Below, piece after piece: positions 1-9,377 of a DNA stretch of 64,000 nt. Every line of letters begins with the position of its first letter. Within the stretch, counting starts at the first letter, position 1. The stretch spans positions 1 through 64,000 of the forward strand of contig CDROCS010004052.1 of NCBI GenBank assembly GCA_977020255.1, given 5' to 3'. The translations under genes were made by a program, and so were the position numbers. Under the pieces are notes generated by a model. That model was not told where the DNA came from, did not search any database, and was given only the letters and a program-made list of their open reading frames with translations. Origin of the DNA: Obrimoposthia wandeli (taxonomy: Eukaryota).

Positions 1-566
1 ACCTTGGCACCTTGCGTATCGTTGTTAGCTTAGATAATGTTTACCAGCGCCTCTTTGATAAAGCCGTTATTATTTTAATCACTCAAAGCTTTAAAACTTT
101 TTTAGTTTCACTGTTCATTTTTGTAATCTTCTACTCTTTAGTAGGTCGGCACCTTAATACTATCGCAAACTACGGAAAATCATTAAGTTTAGATTATCAT
201 ACGCAGCCAATCGAATTAAAACGGCCAGAACAAAGCGATGAAAACAAAGATGAGCTGGCACTTTTGCAAATCGCAATTAACCAAATGCGAGATAATTTAT
301 ATCTTTCTTATAACCAACTCAAAAAAAGTAACTTCAATCTGCAACACGAAATCGGCGAACACAAGATTGCAGAGCAAAAAATTGTCACTTTAAATACTGA
401 ACTCGAAGAAACTATTAAAAAAAGAACACAAAAGCTGAAGCAGACAAATGAAGAACTCGAGACCTCTCTTGATACATTACGCTCTACTCAAAAAGAGCTG
501 GTAGTCCAAGGTAAAATGGCTATTTTAGAAAAGACGCTTCTCATACAACCAGGTGTGCTTGCATGA
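1..566 (+). CDS. Sensor histidine kinase, N-terminal fragment (TM helix + HAMP + coiled coil); open off the left edge, ends at an apparent frameshift
   Basis: Frame is open from the window start (LGTLRIVVSLDNVYQRL...). It has a TM segment, HAMP-like DELALLQIAINQM and the pre-H-box KELVVQGKMAIL. It stops at TGA 564-566, just before the H-box, which lies in the +1 frame. Confidence 0.75.
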   Translation, partial: LGTLRIVVSLDNVYQRLFDKAVIILITQSFKTFLVSLFIFVIFYSLVGRHLNTIANYGKSLSLDYHTQPIELKRPEQSDENKDELALLQIAINQMRDNLYLSYNQLKKSNFNLQHEIGEHKIAEQKIVTLNTELEETIKKRTQKLKQTNEELETSLDTLRSTQKELVVQGKMAILEKTLLIQPGVLA

Positions 567-1257
567 ATTAAATATCATGAGGAACAGTATCACGGCTACA
601 ACATCTCTCAAAGAAAGGAACAAAGAGCTAATCAGTAAAATAGAAAACAACAGCTTAAATAAAAAGGAGTTCACCCGCTATCTAAAGCACAGTAGCGCAG
701 CAACCGACATTATTACCTCAAACCTCAATACCGCCTCCGACTTGGTGATCAGTTTCAAACAAGTATCAACAGATCAAGCGCATGAGCAGTTACAGCGCAT
801 TGATTTAGGAAACTATTTACAGTACATTTTCAAAGGTCTTAAACCTGAATTTGCCACAGCTAAGCATAGCTATAAGATTGAATTGGCCCATGCTATAGAA
901 ATACATACTTACCCCGAAATTCTCGACAAAGTCATTACAAGTCTAGTGATGAACTCTCTCACTCACGGCTTTGAAGGCATGACAGATGGGCTAATAACCA
1001 TTCGAGCGAGTAGCTATGATAAAGAGTTACATATGACTTATTTAGATAACGGGAAAGGCATAGAAGAAAATCTAATACCTAAAATATTTGATCCGTTTTA
1101 CACAACCAAACGCGGCCAAGGTGGAACTGGGCTAGGCTTACACGTTACTTATAACCTAATCACACTCAACTTAAATGGCAGTATTAGTTGCACCAATAAC
1201 CCTGCAGGTAGTGGCGTAAAGTTTAATATTAGTTTTCCAATTGATAATACAGCCTAA
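553..1257 (+). CDS. Histidine kinase C-terminal fragment (H-box + HATPase_c); probably the same gene as 1..566
   Basis: HELN H-box, N-box LVMNSLTHGF, G1 YLDNGKGI, F-box IFDPFYTTK and G2 GGTGLGL. Confidence 0.8.
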   Translation: MCLHELNIMRNSITATTSLKERNKELISKIENNSLNKKEFTRYLKHSSAATDIITSNLNTASDLVISFKQVSTDQAHEQLQRIDLGNYLQYIFKGLKPEFATAKHSYKIELAHAIEIHTYPEILDKVITSLVMNSLTHGFEGMTDGLITIRASSYDKELHMTYLDNGKGIEENLIPKIFDPFYTTKRGQGGTGLGLHVTYNLITLNLNGSISCTNNPAGSGVKFNISFPIDNTA

Positions 1258-1997
1258 TACCCAACTATCAATTAGTGTCTACTATGAAAATTCTGATCAT
1301 CTTGCTTTAAGTAACTCATTACACTGTATCAGTACAACTTATTTAATGACTCCCTCTGATTAAGCCCTCCACATAGCGAGATTTCACTTCGTTAAGTAAG
1401 ATCGTTCCAGTGACTGTTGGTTTTAATAAAAACATTCCCCGATAAAACCACAAGTATGTTTAGTCGATATTTACACAACATAGCACTCAGCAAAGCGCTA
1501 TCTGCTAGGTTTATTTAGGGTAATTACTACACGCATATCAAATAATACTCTTTCGTTTTCTAACATATGCTTAGGTACCAGAATCAAGTAATTTTGAATA
1601 TTTTTGGTACTATCGCTTGAAAATATCTATGCTAAGATCTGTGGACTGATTATAAAAACAACAAAAACCTAACCCACAATTAAAATAAAACTGTTTAATA
1701 ACAACAGCTAACAGAAACCTATCACTGTATATATTTATTATGTGATTGATAATTACGAATGCATTAAATCTAGATATCTATTTATCTTTAGGTAATAAAA
1801 ATTATAGCTTTCAAGCTGGAACTTCTATTTGTATAGCTGATAAAGCTATCGCAAGCGATATTTTAAAATGCGTTTAACAGCACGTTTAAAGAACACTCAA
1901 ATTTAGGCATTACCAGCCAATCCTGCTGCTTTTTTTTCCATGAAAGATTGAAAAGCATCACCTGTAAATAACAATAATTACATTACGGTTAACCTAC

Positions 1998-3095
1998 ATG
2001 TCGTCAGATAAAAGTTACGTACAATTTAAAAATGTAAAGAAAAGTTACGATCAAAAGATACTGGTCGTCAAAGATTTTAATCTCGATATTAAAAAAGGAG
2101 AGTTTGTTACTTTGCTTGGCCCCTCAGGCTCTGGCAAAACCACTTGCCTAATGATGCTTGCCGGTTTTGAAGGGGTAACCAGCGGCGAGATTATTATTAA
2201 TGGTCAATCAGTAAATAATATCGCACCTTATCATCGTAATATCGGTATGGTTTTCCAACACTATGCACTATTCCCGCATATGACAATTGCTGAAAATTTA
2301 GCCTACCCTCTACAAGTGCGCAAGATGGCCAGTCATGTGGTTGATAAAAAAGTAGCCGATTCACTCGCATTGGTGGAACTTAACCAATTTGGGAAACGCT
2401 ATCCTGGTCAATTATCCGGTGGGCAAAAGCAGCGTGTGGCACTGGCCCGTTCATTAATTTTTGAACCCAGTATTGTACTAATGGATGAACCTTTAGGCGC
2501 CTTAGACAAAAACTTGCGCGAACAAATGCAATTTGAAATTAAGCGCTTACATGAAGATTTAAACTTTACTGCGGTGTATGTCACCCACGATCAAACAGAG
2601 GCACTCACTATGTCTGATCGTATTGCTGTTTTCGAAGACGGTATTGTTCAACAATGTGCTACCCCAACTGAGCTGTACGAGCAACCTAGTAATTCATTTG
2701 TAGCCGACTTCATTGGTGAAAACAACCGCATTAAAGGCGCTATTATCAGTGTTAATAAGGGTATTGCCGACATTCAATTAGACAGCGGTACCTTAGTAAA
2801 AGCCGTTTGCAGTGAAATTGCCAGTAGCAATAAACAATGCGTTTTAACGATTCGACCAGAAAATCTGTTTATCGCCAATCAGAATCGATCACTTGAAAAC
2901 TCTATAGAGGCAAGTTTTGTCGCGCGCTTATATGTCGGAGATTCAATTCGATATTTTTTCCGCTTATCCAGCGATGAAAACTTAATGATCAAAGCACTCA
3001 ATGACCAAGATGCTCCACTCTTTAATGAAGGCGATACGGTAAAGCTTACTTGGGCTACCAACAAAGGCCTTGCATTGGATGTACCCCTCACTTAG
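1998..3095 (+). CDS. ABC transporter ATP-binding protein, PotA/spermidine-putrescine family
   Basis: Walker A GPSGSGKTT, signature LSGGQKQRVALAR, Walker B VLMDEP, H-loop YVTHDQ and a C-terminal TOBE-like region. Confidence 0.92.
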   Translation: MSSDKSYVQFKNVKKSYDQKILVVKDFNLDIKKGEFVTLLGPSGSGKTTCLMMLAGFEGVTSGEIIINGQSVNNIAPYHRNIGMVFQHYALFPHMTIAENLAYPLQVRKMASHVVDKKVADSLALVELNQFGKRYPGQLSGGQKQRVALARSLIFEPSIVLMDEPLGALDKNLREQMQFEIKRLHEDLNFTAVYVTHDQTEALTMSDRIAVFEDGIVQQCATPTELYEQPSNSFVADFIGENNRIKGAIISVNKGIADIQLDSGTLVKAVCSEIASSNKQCVLTIRPENLFIANQNRSLENSIEASFVARLYVGDSIRYFFRLSSDENLMIKALNDQDAPLFNEGDTVKLTWATNKGLALDVPLT

Positions 3096-3179
3096 CGCCA
3101 TGTACCATTTTTTTAAGCAACACTTTGACTCACTAATTTATTTCAGTAGATATACAAACAAAAACAACAGAGGTATTAC

Positions 3180-4238
3180 ATGAAAAAATTGAAACGTTTA
3201 GCTGCTGCTATTGCACTAAGTACTGCGCTCGCGGGTACAGCAATGGCAGATCAAATGACAGCAGTCTCCTTTGGTGGCGCCTATGGTGCTGCACAACAAA
3301 AGCATATGATTGATCCTTTTGTGAAAAAAACCGGCCATAAAATCCTGTTTGAAAACTATTCCGGTGGTATCGCCGAAATTAAAGCCCAAGTTGAGAGTGG
3401 TAACATTCTCTGGGACGTGGTTGATATTGAAGTGATCGATTTAGAGCGTGCCTGCTCAGAAGGACTACTTGAAGTGTTCCCGCAAGACACCCTGCCCCCA
3501 GGTGATAACGGGGTGGCTGCCGCTGATGATTTTAGTAAAGCGGCCTTGGCCAATGAATGCGGTGTCGGCAATATAGTGTGGACCATCCTATTTGCCTACA
3601 ACAGTGAGACGATGAAAGGGGCAAAGCCTACTAAAATTACCGATTTATTTGACACTAAAACCTTCCCTGGCAAGCGCGCATTACGCAAGCGTCCTCAAGT
3701 AAACATGGAATGGGCACTACTTGCTGATGGCGTATCACCTGCTGATTTATATGAAGTACTCAGTACTGATGAAGGCCAGCAACGTGCCTTTAAAAAGCTT
3801 TCGACAATCAAAGACGACTTAGTTTGGTTTGATAGCTGGTCACAAGCACCACAATTACTCAATGACGGCGGTGCAGTCATGGTGCAATCTGCAAACGGGC
3901 GAATTTTTGATGCGATCCAAGCGGATAAAAAACCCTTTGAAATGGTTTGGGATTCCCACGTATATGATTTAGATGTATGGGCTATTGTTAAGGGCAGCAA
4001 AAACAAGGCACTGGCTGAGGACTTTATCCGTTTCGCTACCAGCTCTAAGCCAGAATCAGGCATGCAAGATGTTGCCTATGGTCCTACCCGCGAATCTTCT
4101 TACGCTTATGTAGATAAAGCAGTACTTTCTAAACTGCCATCGGCGCATTTAGATGAAGGCATTAAAGCCTCTGGCGAGTTCTGGGCAGATTACGGCGAAT
4201 CGCTCGGTGAAAAATTCAACGAATGGCTACTTAAGTAA
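3180..4238 (+). CDS. ABC transporter substrate-binding protein, polyamine/GABA-type (PotD-like superfamily)
   Basis: Signal peptide MKKLKRLAAAIAL...AMA; SFGGAYGAAQ and WDVVD motifs; lies within the ABC operon. Confidence 0.85.
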   Translation: MKKLKRLAAAIALSTALAGTAMADQMTAVSFGGAYGAAQQKHMIDPFVKKTGHKILFENYSGGIAEIKAQVESGNILWDVVDIEVIDLERACSEGLLEVFPQDTLPPGDNGVAAADDFSKAALANECGVGNIVWTILFAYNSETMKGAKPTKITDLFDTKTFPGKRALRKRPQVNMEWALLADGVSPADLYEVLSTDEGQQRAFKKLSTIKDDLVWFDSWSQAPQLLNDGGAVMVQSANGRIFDAIQADKKPFEMVWDSHVYDLDVWAIVKGSKNKALAEDFIRFATSSKPESGMQDVAYGPTRESSYAYVDKAVLSKLPSAHLDEGIKASGEFWADYGESLGEKFNEWLLK

Positions 4239-4249
4239 CAGGTAATATG

Positions 4250-4281
4250 ACGGTTATTATCCAGCATAATAACCGTTTCTT
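4250..4281 (+). terminator. Hairpin after the SBP gene (intrinsic terminator or mRNA stabiliser)
   Basis: ACGGTTATTAT-CCAGC-ATAATAACCGT, a perfect 11-bp stem followed by TTCTT. Confidence 0.6.
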
Positions 4282-4425
4282 ATTACCCTAACATCAGTAG
4301 TTGGATATCGTTTTAGGCTAAGTATCGCATTGCAACGAGGTTTGGTTTGCGTATTTAGTACACAACTACTGTTAGAGCTGAGTACCACCAGCATTTTTAA
4401 AAAGCTTAAAAGAACAGGTAAATCC

Positions 4426-5691
4426 ATGAGTACTGTCACGCTAGATAATTCCAATAATAGCCTTAGCGCATCAGAGAAAAAAGAGAGCAATAAAAACCGA
4501 CTACGCAGTAAGCTACTTGCACTCATGTTTGTCGCCCCGCTGGTTTTCTTTATCTTGGCTTCTTTTATAGCCCCTATAGGCACCATGCTGTATCGCAGCT
4601 TTTATCACCCAACCGTTGCGCAATTAATTCCAGAGACGCTTGAGCAATTAAATGCTTGGGATGAGACCAGCAACAATATACCTAACAGCCAAACACTGAT
4701 TGTTTTTATCAAAGAAATGAAACACTTAGCAAAAGAGCGGAAAGCCGGCAAACTTGCTGAAGAGATTAACCGTAGCCTGCCTGGCAGTTCTAGCTTAATT
4801 AAATTTAGCGCCCGAAAAATCAAAAAAATAACAGATGATAAACTCGCCACTGATGGTTATAAAACGCTGTTAGGTTTGAAAAAAGGTAAGTGGCAAAACC
4901 CAGATCTTTGGTTGGCCATCAAGAAATCAGGCGCGGTATTTACCGACCGTTATTACTTAACTGCCTTAGATTTAAAACGTAACAGCGCCGGAGAAATAGT
5001 ACAACGCGAGACCAAAATATACTTAAAACTGTATTGGAAAAGCTTAAAAATTGCGCTGTATATTACCTTACTGACCATAATAATTGGTTTCCCATTATCT
5101 TACTATTTAGCGACTGCACCGACCAAAACAGCCAATGTATTGATGGTGTTTGTGCTATTGCCATTTTGGACCTCTCTTTTAGTACGCACCACCTCTTGGA
5201 TTGCCTTATTGCAAACCAATGGCGTTGTTAACTCGACCTTACAAAGTTTACATATTATTACTGAGCCACTAGAGCTCTTGTATACCCAGTTTTCAACCAT
5301 CATATCGATGACGCACATCCTACTGCCTTTTATGATTTTGCCGCTTTACAGTGTGATGAAAGGAATAGATCCAAGCTACTTTAGAGCAGCGCTCTCTCTT
5401 GGGGGTAAACCAATACCTGCTTTTATCCGCATTTATATGCCCATGACAGTTCCTGGCATAAGTGCCGGCGCACTACTGGTGTTTATTATCTCCATTGGCT
5501 ACTACATAACACCTGCCTTAGTGGGCGGCACCGATGGGCAAATGATCAGTAACATCATTGCGTTTCATATGCAGTCATCAAACAACTGGGAACTAGCGGC
5601 CGCGTTGGGCTCGCTATTACTCGCGCTTATTATCATTATTTATTGGATCTACGATCGCTTCGTAGGTGTCAGTAACATTAAATTAGGATAG
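4426..5691 (+). CDS. ABC transporter permease (PotB-like) with a large periplasmic loop
   Basis: BPD_transp_1-type TM pattern, LLPFWTSLLVRT and the EAA-like RAALSLGG motif. Start moved from 4330 to ATG 4426, which has the SD-like ACAGGT upstream. Confidence 0.88.
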   Translation: MSTVTLDNSNNSLSASEKKESNKNRLRSKLLALMFVAPLVFFILASFIAPIGTMLYRSFYHPTVAQLIPETLEQLNAWDETSNNIPNSQTLIVFIKEMKHLAKERKAGKLAEEINRSLPGSSSLIKFSARKIKKITDDKLATDGYKTLLGLKKGKWQNPDLWLAIKKSGAVFTDRYYLTALDLKRNSAGEIVQRETKIYLKLYWKSLKIALYITLLTIIIGFPLSYYLATAPTKTANVLMVFVLLPFWTSLLVRTTSWIALLQTNGVVNSTLQSLHIITEPLELLYTQFSTIISMTHILLPFMILPLYSVMKGIDPSYFRAALSLGGKPIPAFIRIYMPMTVPGISAGALLVFIISIGYYITPALVGGTDGQMISNIIAFHMQSSNNWELAAALGSLLLALIIIIYWIYDRFVGVSNIKLG

Positions 5692-5695
5692 TTAC

Positions 5696-6538
5696 ATGTT
5701 TCCAGCATATTTTACATTTTGGCAAAAACTGGGTATCTACACGTTGCGCTTTGCAGCTTGGGGAACATTAGCGTTCTTAATGATCCCTATTCTGGTCATA
5801 GTACCGTTGTCTTTTAACGCAGAACCTTACTTTACGTTCACACAGGGGATGCTAAATTTTGATTTAGACGCTTATTCACTAAAATGGTATCAACAAATTT
5901 GGGACGACGACAAATGGATTTTGGCGATTAAAAACAGTTTTTATATTGGCTTTTGGGCCACCATAATTGCCACGGTATTTGGTACATTTGCCGCCATTGG
6001 GTTAACCAAAGCTAACATGCCATTACAAAGTGCATTTATGGCACTGCTAATCTCGCCAATGATCGTCCCTTTAATTATCACAGCGGCAGGCATGTTCTTC
6101 TTTTACAGCCAGCTTAATTTATCAGGCAGTTATTTAGGTGTCATTATTGCACATGCCGCCTTAGGCACCCCCTTTGTGATAATAACTGTCAATGCAGCGC
6201 TTTCAGGATTTGATTATTCATTAGTGCGTGCCTCTATGGGTCTTGGCGCAAAACCTGTTTACACTTTCTTTAAAATCATTATTCCGCTGATTCGCCCCGG
6301 AGTAATTTCAGGTGCTTTATTTGCTTTTATTACCTCATTTGATGAAGTGGTAGTGGTATTGTTTTTAGCAGGTCCTGAGCAGCGTACCATCCCCAGACAG
6401 ATGTTTTCTGGGCTACGTGAGCAAATTAACCCGACTATATTGGCAGTGGCGGTGTTATTAGTGGTTGTCTCAGCTTTGATGCTGTTCACCTTAGAATACT
6501 TAAGAGCGCGCAGTGAGAAAATTAGAACCGGAGTTTGA
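5696..6538 (+). CDS. ABC transporter permease (PotC-like)
   Basis: SPMIVPLIIT, RASMGLGA (EAA loop) and FITSFDEVVV motifs. Confidence 0.9.
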   Translation: MFPAYFTFWQKLGIYTLRFAAWGTLAFLMIPILVIVPLSFNAEPYFTFTQGMLNFDLDAYSLKWYQQIWDDDKWILAIKNSFYIGFWATIIATVFGTFAAIGLTKANMPLQSAFMALLISPMIVPLIITAAGMFFFYSQLNLSGSYLGVIIAHAALGTPFVIITVNAALSGFDYSLVRASMGLGAKPVYTFFKIIIPLIRPGVISGALFAFITSFDEVVVVLFLAGPEQRTIPRQMFSGLREQINPTILAVAVLLVVVSALMLFTLEYLRARSEKIRTGV

Positions 6539-6678
6539 GCATAAGAAATCACGCTGCAAGTAAGTGGCTAAGCAGTAACTTTGTAGGTACTGGGTATTTA
6601 AACAGTAAGTCGCAGTTTATTTTTGGTGCTATAACAGGTTGCTGATTAGCTATTGCACAGTGAGTGTAGATAACCTAA

Positions 6679-7731
6679 CTATGTATTCGCTTGTTCGTGA
6701 TCTATCAACCAGCGCTTTCTCTCTAATCCACCAGCATAGCCGGTTAGTTTACCACTCTTTGCGAGCACTCTATGGCAGGGGATAATGATTGAGATTCTAT
6801 TAATGCTATTTGCCCGTGCCACTGCGCGCACTGCATTGATATCACCTACAGTCATTGCCTGTTGCTGATAACTGGTCGTTTGCCCATAGGGGATATTAAG
6901 CAATACGTTCCAAGTGCTTTGTTGAAACGCAGTACCCTGAATATCAAGCGCTACGTTAAACGCTTGGCGAGTACCCTCAAAGTATTGCTCTAGCTCTTTT
7001 TTAGCCTGTTTGATAAACGCATTTTCTCCGGCAATTATCCTACGCTTAAATAAACACTGTATGTCTTTAAACTGCGTTTCTAATCGCGCGCGGTCGGAAA
7101 ATTCAAGTAGACAAAGACCGTTGTCCGTAGCGCAAACAAACATCGGCCCTAACGGTGTGGTTAATCTGCTAATAAGGATTATTTTATTTTCTTTATTATC
7201 AATAGGCGCTTGGCCCAGCACTTTTTTATAGGTATAGCCAAAACCGCTCAGTGACTCATAACCACTATCAAACGCGCTGTTCGTGACGTTCTTTCCACTC
7301 TTTAACTCTAACAGCGCATTATTAACCCGGTACATGCGTTGAAATACTTGAAAAGTGATGCCGTAATTGCGCTTAAACCAACGCCTAACGGTATGTGGAC
7401 TGATACTATTATTTGTCAGTATTTCATCTGTGATTTTATGTTTTGGATTATCGCGCACTAATGTAATGGCAGCTTCAACCTCTGCAGGCGCTTGACCTGA
7501 GTTTTCGGTAGGCTTACATATTTTGCAAGGCCGATAGCCAAAGTCTAAAGCTTCTTTAAATGTGGTATAAAACTCAACGTTTTCAAACTTAGGCTTTCTC
7601 GCACGGCACGTGGCTATGCAAAAAACCGAGGTTGTTTTTACCCCGACAAAGAAAATACCGACATAACTAGACTCCCTATCTATTAGTGCCTGATAGTAGC
7701 TCTGTATTTTGAGCTTATCTGTTACTAACAC
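6679..7731 (-). CDS. ada: Bifunctional transcriptional activator / DNA repair methyltransferase Ada
   Basis: N-Ada Zn motif FCIATCRARKP...GYRPCKIC, an AraC HTH region and the C-terminal active site IIIPCHRV. Start is likely GTG 7731, with SD AAGGAG inside the end of the upstream gene. Confidence 0.92.
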   Translation of the reverse strand: MLVTDKLKIQSYYQALIDRESSYVGIFFVGVKTTSVFCIATCRARKPKFENVEFYTTFKEALDFGYRPCKICKPTENSGQAPAEVEAAITLVRDNPKHKITDEILTNNSISPHTVRRWFKRNYGITFQVFQRMYRVNNALLELKSGKNVTNSAFDSGYESLSGFGYTYKKVLGQAPIDNKENKIILISRLTTPLGPMFVCATDNGLCLLEFSDRARLETQFKDIQCLFKRRIIAGENAFIKQAKKELEQYFEGTRQAFNVALDIQGTAFQQSTWNVLLNIPYGQTTSYQQQAMTVGDINAVRAVARANSINRISIIIPCHRVLAKSGKLTGYAGGLERKRWLIDHEQANT

Positions 7732-7732
7732 T

Positions 7733-8551
7733 TTAAAACACTCCTTTGAACGATTGATCACTCAGCACAGCTGCTAATGTGTTTTCAAGATGCTGATGCA
7801 TATTTTCATATAAGAAGTTACCCATACTAATCCTTTTTACACCTAGATCAGTTAGTGTAGTAAAGTCTGCTAAATTTGGCATACACATAACATTTAAAGG
7901 TAGTGTACTAAAGCGAGTCAGCTCTGCTATATCAACTGCTGCTTCTATTGCCGGTACAAAAATTCCATCGACACCTGAGCGTTGGTATAGCTCAATACGC
8001 GCTTTTGCCTCGCTCACCAAATCATTACTCAGACACTTATTATCCGCCATACTGCTTTGTGTATTTGCTCTAGTAACTGGCAGCGCTTTTGGGGGACATA
8101 AATAGACATCGGTTCTAACATTAATAAACACCTCAATAGCGGCTACTTTTAACTGTTTTACTATCGCTGCTAAAAAGTGTGTAAAGGTGTTTGCATTAAT
8201 TAACCTGCGTTGTTGCTCAACCACAGAGTCTTCAATATTAACCCCTTGCACTCCAAGCTTTGACAGTGCTGTGATATGTTCAGCAACCTTGATAGGATCA
8301 CGACTATAGCCTGATTCAATATCAACGCTTAAAGGAATATTAATGTGTGCCACTATTTTTTGTACGCAGCGATATAGCTCTAAAAAAGGCATGTCTTCAC
8401 CGTCTTCATATCCTAGCGTGCGCGCTATAGCAGCACTGGATGTACCTATTGCACTAAAGCCCATTTTTTGGGCTAATTTTGCGCTGGCGACATCCCATAC
8501 GTTACACAATAATAATGGTTGGCTAGTTTGATGTAGTTCTCTAAATGTCAT
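7733..8551 (-). CDS. Isocitrate lyase / PEP mutase family protein
   Basis: NVWDVASA, IGTSSAAIA, VDIESGY, GVNIED and NVRTDVY motifs of the ICL/PEPM superfamily. Confidence 0.88.
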   Translation of the reverse strand: MTFRELHQTSQPLLLCNVWDVASAKLAQKMGFSAIGTSSAAIARTLGYEDGEDMPFLELYRCVQKIVAHINIPLSVDIESGYSRDPIKVAEHITALSKLGVQGVNIEDSVVEQQRRLINANTFTHFLAAIVKQLKVAAIEVFINVRTDVYLCPPKALPVTRANTQSSMADNKCLSNDLVSEAKARIELYQRSGVDGIFVPAIEAAVDIAELTRFSTLPLNVMCMPNLADFTTLTDLGVKRISMGNFLYENMHQHLENTLAAVLSDQSFKGVF

Positions 8552-8670
8552 GGGGTTTACTCGCTAATCTTGCACTTATGATCGTAATGACGATGTACTA
8601 TAAGACAAGCGTACTGTGATACAGGTATTACTCACAACCGAAAACTGAACAAGTATTTTTACAGTCTAAA

Positions 8671-9318
8671 TTACTTAGTGCTATTGACTAGACCTTGGCT
8701 TATAGCATAGTGGATGAGCTCAGCTAAAGAGTCACACTTTAGTTTAACTTTGATATTTCTCCTATGTGCCTCTACTGTTCTGACACTAATATTGAGCTGA
8801 TTCGCTACCTCTTTACTAGAAAGCCCTTTCGCGATTTGCGCTAACACCACTTGCTCTCTGGTAGTTAATTTCACATCATCACTAGCAACTGGTGTCTCTA
8901 TTAATAACCGCGCTATTGAACTACTAAAGTGCGTTTTGCCGCTATGGATAGCTTTAATCGCAAAATACACTTCTTCAGAATTAGTGTCTTTTAGAATATA
9001 ACCACTCGCACCTGATTGCACCGCACTTGATACAAATTCCACACTGTCATGCATGCTAAAAATTAACACCTTGGTACGTGGTGATTGCTCTAATATCAAC
9101 TCAGTGGCATCTATGCCGTTCATTTCAGGCATACTTATATCCATCAACACCACATCGGGCTTTAACACAGGTACTTGTTGCAATGCATCTTTACCATTAC
9201 TTGCTGTGCCCAATACAACAATGTCATCATAAAAAGATAAACACGCACTTAAGCCATCTTGAACCATCGGGTGGTCATCTGCCAACAAGACGGATATTTT
9301 TTTATCATCATGGCTCAT
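8671..9318 (-). CDS. Response regulator, NarL/LuxR family
   Basis: REC domain (LLADDHPMV, phosphoacceptor VLMDISMP) plus LuxR HTH (LTTREQVVL...RTVEAHRRNI). Start set at ATG 9318 (SD AAGGA). Confidence 0.92.
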   Translation of the reverse strand: MSHDDKKISVLLADDHPMVQDGLSACLSFYDDIVVLGTASNGKDALQQVPVLKPDVVLMDISMPEMNGIDATELILEQSPRTKVLIFSMHDSVEFVSSAVQSGASGYILKDTNSEEVYFAIKAIHSGKTHFSSSIARLLIETPVASDDVKLTTREQVVLAQIAKGLSSKEVANQLNISVRTVEAHRRNIKVKLKCDSLAELIHYAISQGLVNSTK

Positions 9319-9377
9319 AACAGTTTTCCTTTCATTGCAGTGATTACGATTACGACTCAACCTTCAGTCGTTAGGTG

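Noticed and set aside
1604-1620. TGGTAC...CTTGA as a sigma54 promoter for the first ABC operon
   Set aside because: The -12 element is GA rather than GC and is one base out of register.
1258-1997. Possible fifth copy of the hin-like LysR promoter motif
   Set aside because: No 19-mer followed 14 nt later by TAATATTTTAC was found by eye, so this ABC system is not assigned to the regulon.
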